DNA of 64,000 nt from an uncultured Eudoraea sp. (GTDB taxonomy: Bacteria > Bacteroidota > Bacteroidia > Flavobacteriales > Flavobacteriaceae), in NCBI RefSeq assembly GCF_947260015.1, contig NZ_CAMYOM010000013.1, positions 29,173 to 93,172 of the forward strand, given 5' to 3'. Both the position numbers and the translations under genes were made by a program. Within the stretch, counting starts at the first letter, position 1, and every line of letters starts with the position of its first letter. This document shows, one piece after another, positions 40,177 to 49,896 of this stretch. The notes beneath the pieces are model-generated. The model saw only the letters and a list, made by a program, of their open reading frames with translations, was not told where the DNA came from and ran no database searches.

Positions 40177-41394
40177 TTATTGATTAGTTAAATAATTGAT
40201 TACGGCCGTTTGAACATAATAATTTTTGACGGCCTCTATCAGGCTTGTTTGGAAACGCAATTGTAATTCCTGGATGTCAAGAACATCGTTGAAATCTATG
40301 GTTCCTGTTTCATAGTTTTTTATAAGAATTTCCTCTGCATCTTTAGCCTGTTCCAAATTCCTTATTTGCGTTTTATATTTGATATATGAGGCTTCCTTAT
40401 TCGAAAGGGCTTCGCTTAAAATGGTTTCCAGGAGATTAGTTCGATTCGTTTTTTGCGCAATGATTTCCTCCTGTCGCATTTCATTTTGAACAGTCCTCGA
40501 TTTATAGTTGTTGTTAAAAATGGGAATGGACAAGGAAACCATGGGCATCAGAATATCCTTCCCGTTATCGCTAAAATCCATGCCCGGTCTTTTCTCTACA
40601 GGTATATAATCCAACCCAAAACCAATATTCGGACTTGCCTCCTTTTTATTCAAAACTTCGGATTGTGCTACCGATTCATACAGCCTGTCATATTTTTCCA
40701 ATTCAGGATGCAGCGTCAACGGACTGCTGCTGATTTCTATGGGTTCGTACACTGGTAAGTCATCAGCGACATCGATAGAGGTATTTTCATTACGATTCAA
40801 GAAATTGTTGAACTGCGTTTGGACTGCCCGATATTCCCGCTCCAGGACCAATTTAGCTGCTTTAAGTTCATTCTGTCTTATCTGGAGTCTTAGAACATCA
40901 ACCGCAGATGCGCCACCGACTTCAACCGAGGTCAAAGCCAACTTTTCATAAGTATTCAGGAGTTGAATGTTTTCTTCTAATACTACTTGCTTTTCCTCAA
41001 TGGCGTATAATTCATAATAGGATTGAGATACGGATAATCTCAATTTTCTTTTGGTGATCACAATATCCAAATAGTCTACATCGGCTAGAGAACTAGCATA
41101 GTTTTCACGTAATGTAATGGTCCCAAACCAGGGAAGCATCTGTTTGAAAGAAAACCGCGCTTTTTGAGCACCCGTTCTCGTTTCAGGTTCGCTAACAAAA
41201 ACGCCCGCGTTCACTTCCGTATTTGGCAAGGTATTAGCTTCTTCCACTTTTTCCTTAGCAATATTGTACCGGAGCCCAAATGCCTGCACTTCGGGATTGT
41301 TGTTTTCAGCTTCCTGAATATAGGAGTCCAGGTTTTGGCCTTTTACTGCCGTAACCATTAAGAATCCCATTAAGATGGTCATAGTATTTTTCAT
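40177..41394 (-). CDS. TolC-family outer-membrane factor of the metal RND system (CusC-like)
   Basis: Signal peptide and TolC-type repeat architecture. ATGA overlap with the cusA stop. Confidence 0.8.
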   Translation of the reverse strand: MKNTMTILMGFLMVTAVKGQNLDSYIQEAENNNPEVQAFGLRYNIAKEKVEEANTLPNTEVNAGVFVSEPETRTGAQKARFSFKQMLPWFGTITLRENYASSLADVDYLDIVITKRKLRLSVSQSYYELYAIEEKQVVLEENIQLLNTYEKLALTSVEVGGASAVDVLRLQIRQNELKAAKLVLEREYRAVQTQFNNFLNRNENTSIDVADDLPVYEPIEISSSPLTLHPELEKYDRLYESVAQSEVLNKKEASPNIGFGLDYIPVEKRPGMDFSDNGKDILMPMVSLSIPIFNNNYKSRTVQNEMRQEEIIAQKTNRTNLLETILSEALSNKEASYIKYKTQIRNLEQAKDAEEILIKNYETGTIDFNDVLDIQELQLRFQTSLIEAVKNYYVQTAVINYLTNQ

Positions 41395-44300
41395 GCATTT
41401 AATCTTTTAAGTTGCCACTCGTTTTTCCAGCTATACAATACTGGCACCACCAGCAGTGTTATCAAGGCTATCAACATACCCCCGAAAGAGGGTATTGCCA
41501 TGGGAATCATAATATCGCTTCCCCGACCTGTAGAAGTCAACACTGGTAATAAAGCCAGAATCGTTGTTGCCGTGGTCATCAAACAAGGACGTATACGTTT
41601 TTCCCCTGCTTCCACAACCGATGCTCTTACGGCTTCCAGGGTGCTGGGTTTGTTCTGGTCAAAGGTCTGGGTCAGGTACGTGGCCATGACCACACCATCA
41701 TCTGTGGCTATCCCAAAAAGGGCAATAAATCCTACCCAAACTGCTACGCTTAAATTAATAGTATGCATTTGAAACATATCGCGTAAATTCTCGCCAAAAA
41801 AATTGAAATTCAAGAACCAATCCTGTCCATAGAACCAAATCATAATAAAGCCTCCGGCAAAAGCCACGGCGATTCCTGTAAAAACCATTAACGAAGTGGA
41901 TACCGAACGAAACTGGAAATACAGGATCAAAAAGATAATAAGCAAAGCCAATGGCACGACTACAGATAAAGTTTTTTCTGCCCGTATTTGATTTTCATAT
42001 GTACCTGTAAATTGATAGTTGATGCCATTGGGAACTACCAGTTCTCCGTTGTCTATTTTTTGTTGGATAAGGGCCTGCGAATTCTCTACTACATTGACTT
42101 CGGCAAAACCGTCCAGTTTATCAAAAAGCACATAACCCACTAAAAAAGTATCCTCGCTTTTGATGACCTGAGGTCCTTTTTCATAGCGGATGTTAACCAG
42201 TTCGCTCAAAGGAACAGAATTGCCCTTTGCCACCGGAACATAAATGTTCTTGATGTCAGTTGGGTTTTCCCGGAGCTCCCTTGGATAGCGTACACGAACC
42301 CCATAGCGTTCCCTGCCTTCCACCGTCTGGGTCAAAATCATACCACCAACAGCCACTTCTAACACTTGTTGCACATCTTCGATTTGGATTCCATATCTGA
42401 CCAGAGCCTCCCTATCAATATCAATCAGCAGGTAAGGTTTGCCAATTATCCTATCGGCAAATACTGCTTCATCCTTGACCCCTTCCACTTCTTTCAGGAT
42501 ATTCTCCAGTTGAATGCCAAAGGCTTCAATTTGCCGTAAATCCTGACCCTTGACTTTGATCCCCATCGGTGCGCGCATTCCTGTTTGGAGCATAACCAAC
42601 CGGGTTTCGATAGGCTGTAATTTGGGAGCAGAAGTAACTCCGGGCAAACGCGTTAGACGTATAATTTCGTTCCAAATATCATCGGGGGATTGTATTTCTG
42701 GTCGCCAATTACGGTAGTACTCCCCATCGGGATCGGGAACCAAATTATCAAAACCGATCTCCGAGAAATCTTCAAGATCGGTTTCCTTGTATTCGTGGGC
42801 TTTTTCATCAAGTACCGTATTCGGGTTTAAAATAAAATTGCCATCATTCAATACGAATAGTCCATCATCATTTACCTTAAAGCGCTGCTGTTTGCCGGCC
42901 TCGTTCAGAATGTATTCACGTTTGTACTGAATCATATTTTCGTACATGGATAATGGCGCAGGATCTAGTGCGGATTCCGTTCGCCCCGCCTTACCAACTA
43001 CCGTTTCGATTTCAGGGATAGTGGCTACGGCCATATCCAATTGTTGCAACACCCGTTTATTTTCTTCAACTCCGGCATGGGGAAGTGATGTAGGCATCAA
43101 CAAAAAGGAACCTTCGTTTAAGGAGGGCATAAACTCCTTGCCTGTATTTTGCATGATAAGTACTCCGAAAACGACGATCACTGTTGGTATGAACAGGAAC
43201 AGCAATTTGTTACGCAAGGCCCAACTCAAGATACTGGTGTAATATTTACGAAAGCTTAAGAATACCGCCAAAAGCCCAAAGCAGATTAGCGATACAAAAA
43301 CCAAATTCCATAAAATATTCTTGTCCAATCCCAAAGGCCGCCAATATTCTGCCAGAAGAAAAATGATGACCAAAACCGAGATAACGATATTGATCAGATT
43401 TGCACGTTTTTCGGTTAAAGAGAACCCTTTAAACAAACGTGATGCCAGTTCAGGATTCTTTAACAGTCCTACTATTCCAAATGCAATTAATACTAATCCT
43501 GGCCAGTAACCATACACAACGGCCAGAACCCCTAGAAAGACAAAAATTCCGTTGATGACATAGCCCAAGGTCTTTTTACCACTTTTCTTTCTAAAGAGAA
43601 AGGCGGCAAAGGGAGGTATGAGAAACAAAGCGACGATTATGGATGCGGTCAAGGCAAAGGTTTTCGTAAAAGCCAACGGTCGGAATAGTTTTCCTTCGGC
43701 CCCTATCATCGTAAATACCGGGATGAAACTGATAATGGTGGTCATAACCGCCGTAACTATAGCACCGGAAACTTCAGCTGTAGCATTATAAACAACCGTG
43801 TTTATGGGCAGTTTTTCTCCATTCTCGTCCAGATGTCGGATGATATTTTCGGAGAGGATGACACCCACATCCACCATAGTGCCAATGGCAATGGCAATCC
43901 CCGATAGTGCAACAATGTTTGCATCTACGTTAAAAAGTTTCATTGCTATAAAAACCATTAATACGGCTACCGGTAACAACCCGGAAATTAATATTGAGGC
44001 ACGCAAATTGAAGACCATGATAATAATAACCAAAATGGTAATGAGAATTTCCAAACTCAGAGCATCATTAAGTGTTCCAAGGGTCTCCTGAATTAACTCG
44101 GTCCTATCATAAAATGGTACAATTGTAAGTTGCGAGTTTCGGCCATCGGATAATTTTTTGGAAGGAAGTCCCGGGCTGAGTTCATTAATTTTATCTTTTA
44201 CACTATTAATTACTTCAAGCGGGTTTGCTCCATATCTGGCCACGACGACACCCCCAACAACTTCTGCGCCTTCCTTATCGAGAATACCGCGGCGAACAGC

Positions 44301-45158
44301 CGGTCCCAGCGAAACATTAGCAATATCCTTTATGCGAATGGAAGTATAATCCTCCGAAATGACTACAGCATTTTTTATGTCTTCCAAAGATTCCACATAG
44401 CCAAGACCTCTTACCAGGTATTCAGCCTGATTGATTTCCAAGGTCTGTGCACCAATATCACGATTGCTCTTTTTGACCGCATTAACCACATCATGAAGAC
44501 CAATATTATACTGCTTCATCAATTCAGGATTCACATCAATCTGGTATTCCTGTACATAACCACCGATAGAAGCTACTTCGGAGACGCCACTTGCTGAGGT
44601 AAGGGCGAATTTTACATAGTAGTCCTGAACGCTTCGCAATTCCTGCAAATCCCAGCCGCCTGTAACGTTTCCCTCTTCATCCCTACCTTCCAAAGTATAC
44701 CAGAAAATTTGCCCCAGGCCCGTTGCATCTGGCCCAAGTGCAGGGCTTACGCCCTCAGGTAATATATTACTAGGTAGGGAATTCAGTTTTTCAAGAATTC
44801 GGCTGCGGCTCCAATAGAATTCAACATCCTCTTCAAAAATGATGTAGATACTCGAAAATCCGAACATAGAGGAGCTGCGTATTGTTCTGACTCCAGGTAT
44901 ACCCAATAAAGATGTTGTTAAAGGATAGGAGATCTGGTCTTCAATATCCTGGGGAGAACGACCGGGCCATTTAGTAAAAACAATTTGTTGGTTCTCACCT
45001 ATATCCGGAATAGCATCAACCGCCACGGGATTACTTGGTAAAAATCCAATGTCCCAGTTAAACGGGGCATTCACTATTCCCCATCCTACAAAAAGGACAA
45101 GCATCAGAACAGCGATCAGTTTATTATTTATGAGATATTTAATGCTCTTGTTTAGCAT
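41391..45158 (-). CDS. cusA: Heavy-metal efflux RND permease (CusA/CzcA family), enlarged 1255-aa form
   Basis: HME-RND blocks (AIPDIGENQQIVFT..., GIAIAIGTMVDVGVILSENI, FGIATDDGVVMATY). It carries roughly 200 residues more than I expect for this family. Confidence 0.92.
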   Translation of the reverse strand: MLNKSIKYLINNKLIAVLMLVLFVGWGIVNAPFNWDIGFLPSNPVAVDAIPDIGENQQIVFTKWPGRSPQDIEDQISYPLTTSLLGIPGVRTIRSSSMFGFSSIYIIFEEDVEFYWSRSRILEKLNSLPSNILPEGVSPALGPDATGLGQIFWYTLEGRDEEGNVTGGWDLQELRSVQDYYVKFALTSASGVSEVASIGGYVQEYQIDVNPELMKQYNIGLHDVVNAVKKSNRDIGAQTLEINQAEYLVRGLGYVESLEDIKNAVVISEDYTSIRIKDIANVSLGPAVRRGILDKEGAEVVGGVVVARYGANPLEVINSVKDKINELSPGLPSKKLSDGRNSQLTIVPFYDRTELIQETLGTLNDALSLEILITILVIIIMVFNLRASILISGLLPVAVLMVFIAMKLFNVDANIVALSGIAIAIGTMVDVGVILSENIIRHLDENGEKLPINTVVYNATAEVSGAIVTAVMTTIISFIPVFTMIGAEGKLFRPLAFTKTFALTASIIVALFLIPPFAAFLFRKKSGKKTLGYVINGIFVFLGVLAVVYGYWPGLVLIAFGIVGLLKNPELASRLFKGFSLTEKRANLINIVISVLVIIFLLAEYWRPLGLDKNILWNLVFVSLICFGLLAVFLSFRKYYTSILSWALRNKLLFLFIPTVIVVFGVLIMQNTGKEFMPSLNEGSFLLMPTSLPHAGVEENKRVLQQLDMAVATIPEIETVVGKAGRTESALDPAPLSMYENMIQYKREYILNEAGKQQRFKVNDDGLFVLNDGNFILNPNTVLDEKAHEYKETDLEDFSEIGFDNLVPDPDGEYYRNWRPEIQSPDDIWNEIIRLTRLPGVTSAPKLQPIETRLVMLQTGMRAPMGIKVKGQDLRQIEAFGIQLENILKEVEGVKDEAVFADRIIGKPYLLIDIDREALVRYGIQIEDVQQVLEVAVGGMILTQTVEGRERYGVRVRYPRELRENPTDIKNIYVPVAKGNSVPLSELVNIRYEKGPQVIKSEDTFLVGYVLFDKLDGFAEVNVVENSQALIQQKIDNGELVVPNGINYQFTGTYENQIRAEKTLSVVVPLALLIIFLILYFQFRSVSTSLMVFTGIAVAFAGGFIMIWFYGQDWFLNFNFFGENLRDMFQMHTINLSVAVWVGFIALFGIATDDGVVMATYLTQTFDQNKPSTLEAVRASVVEAGEKRIRPCLMTTATTILALLPVLTSTGRGSDIMIPMAIPSFGGMLIALITLLVVPVLYSWKNEWQLKRLNA

Positions 45159-45268
45159 ATGAATTGATTATTAAACAGTTAGAAACTGAAGTTGACCAAT
45201 AATGTAATCAACAACTTAAGCCCATTAAACAGCAATAACTGTCGGGCTATAATTTCAATGTTTAAAAA

Positions 45269-45691
45269 TCAAATGAGAAAAGTCTGATCGAGAATTTGTA
45301 TATCCCTGATCAGGAGGGGTGGGGAATACTCTTTGAAAGAAATGAGGTTTTTATCAACCGATTCAAATAAGTTAACATAAGTGTAATAGAACGTCGAGAT
45401 AAAGATCTGTTGCTCAAAAGTGAATTGATCAAAAGAAATTTTCAAATCATCTTGTCCTTCCAGGATAATTTCCAAATCGGTACAGCAATCCATCTCCATT
45501 TCCATAACGGAATCCTCGTCCGTTATTCCGGAAGCACTTGCATTCATATCGCAACCGTCTGCAGTTTCAAAAAAACTGTAATCTACCAAAAGGTCTCCAC
45601 AATAGTGCATATCTACTGTAAAGGACATAGTAGAGAACAACACTAAAAGTGCCATGGTAACAGATACTATTTGACGCAAAGTTTCCTTCAT
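45269..45691 (-). CDS. Small secreted/anchored Cys-, Met- and acid-rich protein with ordered H-Y-C, C-C, P-P motifs (hypothetical)
   Basis: N-terminal hydrophobic segment, then MHYCGD, ADGCDM, VMEMEMDCCTD and YSPPLL. First gene of the copper operon. Confidence 0.5.
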   Translation of the reverse strand: MKETLRQIVSVTMALLVLFSTMSFTVDMHYCGDLLVDYSFFETADGCDMNASASGITDEDSVMEMEMDCCTDLEIILEGQDDLKISFDQFTFEQQIFISTFYYTYVNLFESVDKNLISFKEYSPPLLIRDIQILDQTFLI

Positions 45692-45699
45692 CAGTAATA

Positions 45700-45707
45700 C
45701 AAAACTA
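45700..45707 (-). promoter_or_regulatory. Candidate -7 box (TAGTTTTG on minus strand) for the copper operon
   Basis: Matches TAnnTTTG. It ends 9 nt upstream of the ATG at 45691, which implies a very short leader. This is weak evidence. Confidence 0.3.
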
Positions 45708-45846
45708 CGAAAATTTGTCTTTTATTGTATTGGTTAACAAAAGTTTAAATGTTCTTTCGCTCTAATTCAGGAGATCATTTCGCTAAGATTTGTTTAAAAC
45801 ACCATTATTAAAATCTACATTTTGAATACTTTTACAAAAAAATAAT

Positions 45847-46299
45847 ATGCTAAGTGCATTACGCCCAAATATAGAATCTATACTAAATAATAAAACTGTT
45901 GAGGTAAACGAACGCCTTAAACAAATATGCGATCTTCTACAGGGAAATATTCCACATTATGACTGGGTAGGCTTTTATTTTAAAAACGGCAATAAAGAAG
46001 AATTAAAACTTGGTCCTTATGCCGGGCTACCTACAGACCATACGATCATCCCTTTTGGAAAAGGAATTTGTGGCCAGGTTGCCCTTAGCAATGAAAACTT
46101 TATAGTCCCGGATGTAAAAGCTCAGGATAATTATATTGCCTGCAGCATTAATGTAAAAGCAGAAATTGTTGTTCCCCTGTTTGTAAATGGAGAGAATATT
46201 GGCCAGATTGATATAGATTCCAATACCCCGGACCCTTTTAATAAGGATGATGAAGATTTTTTAGAATTTGTCAATAAACAGGTCGCCAAAATTCTTTAA
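45847..46299 (+). CDS. GAF-domain protein, free-methionine-(R)-sulfoxide-reductase-like (YebR/fRMsr type)
   Basis: Single 150-aa GAF domain with WVGFY, GICGQVA, YIACS...AEIVVPL and IGQIDIDS blocks, as in fRMsr-type GAF proteins. Confidence 0.7.
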   Translation: MLSALRPNIESILNNKTVEVNERLKQICDLLQGNIPHYDWVGFYFKNGNKEELKLGPYAGLPTDHTIIPFGKGICGQVALSNENFIVPDVKAQDNYIACSINVKAEIVVPLFVNGENIGQIDIDSNTPDPFNKDDEDFLEFVNKQVAKIL

Positions 46300-46351
46300 A
46301 ACTTTAGCTCTTTTGTTAATAACACTATCTCATTTATAGCTTCAAAAAAAT

Positions 46352-46359
46352 TACATTTG
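46352..46359 (+). promoter_or_regulatory. Candidate -7 box TACATTTG upstream of purH
   Basis: Matches TAnnTTTG and lies 34 nt upstream of the ATG at 46393. Confidence 0.4.
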
Positions 46360-46392
46360 TGACCTTTAGCTATTCTATTTAAGCACTACAAA

Positions 46393-47925
46393 ATGAGCAA
46401 TACAAAAAAAATTAAATCAGCCTTAATTTCAGTATTTCACAAAGATGGTCTAGAACCTATTGTAAGGAAATTTGATGAGCTCGGAATTTCAATCTACTCC
46501 ACAGGAGGTACCGAAAAATTTATTAGGGAATTGGGGATTGATGTAATCCCTGTTGAGGAGGTAACCAGCTATCCATCTATATTGGGTGGAAGAGTTAAAA
46601 CATTACATCCAAAGGTATTTGGAGGTATTTTAAACAGACAGGATAACGAAAGTGATGTTGCCCAATTAGAAGAATTTGATATCCCCCAATTAGATGTTAT
46701 TATCGTGGATCTCTACCCCTTTGAAAAAACTGTAGCGGTTGGGGCATCTGAACAGGAAATCATTGAAAAGATTGATATTGGAGGTATCTCCCTGATACGT
46801 GCTGCGGCAAAAAACTATAAGGATGTTTTATGTGTTTCTTCAATGGAGGATTACAAGGAATTCTTAGAATTAATAAATACAACCGGAGCGGAGAGTACAC
46901 AGGAAGACAGAAGACATTTTGCCACAAAAGCATTTAATGTTTCCTCCCATTATGATACGGCTATTTTCAATTACTTCAATAAGGATCATAAGGAGGCTGC
47001 TTTAAAGATTAGCGAAACCAATGCTAAAATTTTACGATATGGGGAAAACCCGCACCAAAAAGGATTCTTTTTTGGAGATTTTGATGCCATATTTACCAAA
47101 TTACACGGAAAAGAATTATCATATAATAATTTATTAGATGTTGATGCCGCTTTAAATCTCATGAACGAGTTTAAAAACGATGATCCTACTTTTGCTATTC
47201 TAAAACATAACAATGCGTGCGGATTAGCCACCAGAAATACAATACACCAGGCATATGTTGATGCACTGGCAGGAGATCCGGTATCGGCTTTCGGTGGCAT
47301 ACTAATAAGTAATGTAAAAGTAGACGTCCCTACGGCTCAGGAAATTCATAATTTATTCTGTGAGGTAGTTATTGCCCCCTCTTATGATGATGAGGCATTG
47401 GTTATTTTAAAGGGTAAAAAGAACAGAATTGTCCTGATTCAAAAAGAAACACCTATCCCTGATACTCTAGTCAGGACCTGCCTAAATGGTATTCTTGTTC
47501 AGGATAAAGATTTTAAAACGGATACACTGGAGGATTTGGAATATGTGACCACAAGGAAACCAAGTCAGGAAGAATTAAATGACCTCATTTTTGCTTCTAA
47601 GTTATGTAAGCATACAAAATCTAACACTATTGTATTGGCAAAGAACAAACAATTATGTGCCAGCGGAACCGGGCAAACTTCCAGGGTAGATGCCTTAAAC
47701 CAGGCTATTCACAAGGCAAAATCCTTTAAATTTAATTTGGAAGGAGCGGTAATGGCAAGCGACGCATTTTTTCCATTTCCCGATTGTGTTGAGATTTCAA
47801 ATAATAATGGTATTCAAAGCGTTATTCAACCAGGAGGCTCAATTAAGGATCAACTGAGCATCGATTATTGTAACGAAAATGGAATGTCAATGGTTATGAC
47901 AGGCACTCGTCATTTTAAGCATTAA
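46393..47925 (+). CDS. purH: Bifunctional AICAR formyltransferase / IMP cyclohydrolase
   Basis: MGS-like N-terminal domain (ALISVFHKDGL...STGGT, GRVKTLHP) and an AICARFT C-terminal domain ending in TGTRHFKH. Confidence 0.97.
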   Translation: MSNTKKIKSALISVFHKDGLEPIVRKFDELGISIYSTGGTEKFIRELGIDVIPVEEVTSYPSILGGRVKTLHPKVFGGILNRQDNESDVAQLEEFDIPQLDVIIVDLYPFEKTVAVGASEQEIIEKIDIGGISLIRAAAKNYKDVLCVSSMEDYKEFLELINTTGAESTQEDRRHFATKAFNVSSHYDTAIFNYFNKDHKEAALKISETNAKILRYGENPHQKGFFFGDFDAIFTKLHGKELSYNNLLDVDAALNLMNEFKNDDPTFAILKHNNACGLATRNTIHQAYVDALAGDPVSAFGGILISNVKVDVPTAQEIHNLFCEVVIAPSYDDEALVILKGKKNRIVLIQKETPIPDTLVRTCLNGILVQDKDFKTDTLEDLEYVTTRKPSQEELNDLIFASKLCKHTKSNTIVLAKNKQLCASGTGQTSRVDALNQAIHKAKSFKFNLEGAVMASDAFFPFPDCVEISNNNGIQSVIQPGGSIKDQLSIDYCNENGMSMVMTGTRHFKH

Positions 47926-47931
47926 TTTTAC

Positions 47932-47939
47932 TACTTTTG
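47932..47939 (+). promoter_or_regulatory. Candidate -7 box TACTTTTG upstream of mreB
   Basis: Matches TAnnTTTG and lies 43 nt upstream of the ATG at 47982. Confidence 0.4.
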
Positions 47940-47981
47940 TCGATGAAATACACCTTTTAAACCGAAACCAAATTAACGCGA

Positions 47982-49010
47982 ATGGGATTTTTTGATTTCT
48001 TAACTGAAGAAATAGCTATCGACCTGGGCACTGCAAATACTCTTATTATCCATGATGACAAGGTAGTTGTAGACAGTCCGTCTATTGTTGCAAGAGACAG
48101 GATAACTGGTAAAATAATTGCAGTGGGCAAGGAAGCCAATATGATGCAGGGAAAAACCCATGAAAACATTAAAACCATCCGACCTCTCAAGGATGGGGTG
48201 ATCGCAGATTTTGATGCTTCTGAAAAAATGATCAATATGTTCATTAAGAACATACCTGCCCTTAAGAAAAAATGGTTTCCACCTGCATTGAGGATGGTAA
48301 TATGTATTCCTTCAGGTATTACAGAAGTGGAAATGCGTGCAGTAAAGGAATCCGCAGAGCGGGTAAATGGAAAGGAAGTTTACCTTATACATGAACCTAT
48401 GGCGGCAGCAATAGGTATTGGCCTGGATATTATGCAGCCCAAGGGTAATATGATTGTGGATATAGGTGGTGGAACGACGGAAATAGCGGTAATTGCTTTA
48501 GGAGGAATTGTTTGTGACAAATCGGTTAAAATAGCGGGCGATGTATTTACGAATGACATCATCTATTATATGCGCACCCAGCATAATCTATACGTAGGGG
48601 AAAGTACAGCAGAGAATATTAAAATAACTATAGGTTCTGCCACCGAGGATCTTCAATCTCCACCAGATGAGATGTCTGTACAAGGCCGGGATTTGCTTAC
48701 AGGTAAACCAAAACAGGTTTCTATTTCATTCCGGGAAATTGCCAAAGCCTTAGACAAGTCCATTTTACGGGTAGAAGATGCTGTAATGGAAACTTTATCA
48801 CAAACTCCTCCGGAATTAGCGGCAGATATTTATAATACGGGTATTTACATGGCTGGCGGCGGATCAATGCTTCGTGGATTGGATAGAAGGTTATCTCAAA
48901 AGACAGACCTACCTGTTTATATCGCAGAAGACCCTTTGAGAGCTGTAGTTAGAGGAACCGGCATAGCACTAAAAAACCTGGAACGCTATAAAAGTATTCT
49001 TATTAAATAA
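47982..49010 (+). CDS. mreB: Rod-shape-determining protein MreB
   Basis: Actin-fold motifs (IAIDLGTANTLI, DIGGGTTEIAV, GIYMAGGGSMLRGL). Confidence 0.97.
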   Translation: MGFFDFLTEEIAIDLGTANTLIIHDDKVVVDSPSIVARDRITGKIIAVGKEANMMQGKTHENIKTIRPLKDGVIADFDASEKMINMFIKNIPALKKKWFPPALRMVICIPSGITEVEMRAVKESAERVNGKEVYLIHEPMAAAIGIGLDIMQPKGNMIVDIGGGTTEIAVIALGGIVCDKSVKIAGDVFTNDIIYYMRTQHNLYVGESTAENIKITIGSATEDLQSPPDEMSVQGRDLLTGKPKQVSISFREIAKALDKSILRVEDAVMETLSQTPPELAADIYNTGIYMAGGGSMLRGLDRRLSQKTDLPVYIAEDPLRAVVRGTGIALKNLERYKSILIK

Positions 49011-49077
49011 CCTGAATTCGGTGAGGATTTAAGTTAAGGCTTGGCATCTCATTTTAAACGCTTAACATAACAAGTGA

Positions 49078-49896
49078 ATGCAGCAGATAATCAATTTTAT
49101 CATTAGGTATAAAACCTCGCTGCTTTACTTATTATTGCTGTTAATTTCCCTGGCCTTTACTATTGATTCTCATTCTTATCACAGATCCAAATACTTTAAT
49201 TCTTCGAACCAAATATCCGGTTCTATCTACAATACTGCAGATGGTGTTACACAGTATTTTAACCTGAATGAGGAAAACCAAAAACTGGTCGAAGAAAACA
49301 AAAAACTACAAAATTTACTTCTTAATCTAGATATTGAAGACACTGTCCAATTAGATACTACCAAATTTAATTTTGCCATAATTACCGGAAGAATTATTAA
49401 GAACAGTTATTCAAGCCCAAATAATTATATAACAATAAACAAGGGAACAAATGATGGTATTAAACAGGATATGGGTGTAATTACGGCCAAGGGAATTCTT
49501 GGGATTGTTGAACATACCACGAAAAATTATGCCTCTGTTCAAAGTATTTTAAATACTAAATCCAATATAAATGCGAAAATAAAGAATACTAATTATTTTG
49601 GTTCTTTAATTTGGGACGGGCGGGGCTATAACCAGGTTAAACTGGAAGATATTCCCAGATTGGTGCCTCTTTTAGTTGGTGACACCATAGTTACAGGGGC
49701 CATGTCTAGTATTTTTCCAGAGAATATTCCAATAGGGACCATTAAAAAATTTGATCTGAATGTATCAAAAAGTTTTTATAGTATAGATGTGGAGCTTTTT
49801 AACGATATGTCCAATGTTAAAAATGTCTATATCATTTATAACAAAAACAGACCTGAGATCTTAGAGCTCCAATCAAAAATTGCCAATGACCAGTAG
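49078..49896 (+). CDS. mreC: Rod-shape-determining protein MreC
   Basis: N-terminal TM helix, a coiled coil (ENQKLVEENKKLQN) and a beta-domain. Positioned between mreB and mreD. Confidence 0.85.
   Translation: MQQIINFIIRYKTSLLYLLLLLISLAFTIDSHSYHRSKYFNSSNQISGSIYNTADGVTQYFNLNEENQKLVEENKKLQNLLLNLDIEDTVQLDTTKFNFAIITGRIIKNSYSSPNNYITINKGTNDGIKQDMGVITAKGILGIVEHTTKNYASVQSILNTKSNINAKIKNTNYFGSLIWDGRGYNQVKLEDIPRLVPLLVGDTIVTGAMSSIFPENIPIGTIKKFDLNVSKSFYSIDVELFNDMSNVKNVYIIYNKNRPEILELQSKIANDQ

Noticed and set aside
49041-49060. TGGCAT-N5-TTTA upstream of mreC as a possible sigma-54 promoter for the nearby bEBP theme
   Set aside because: It mismatches the key GC of the -12 element (TTGC) and the -24 GG-C context is imperfect. 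No other support exists.
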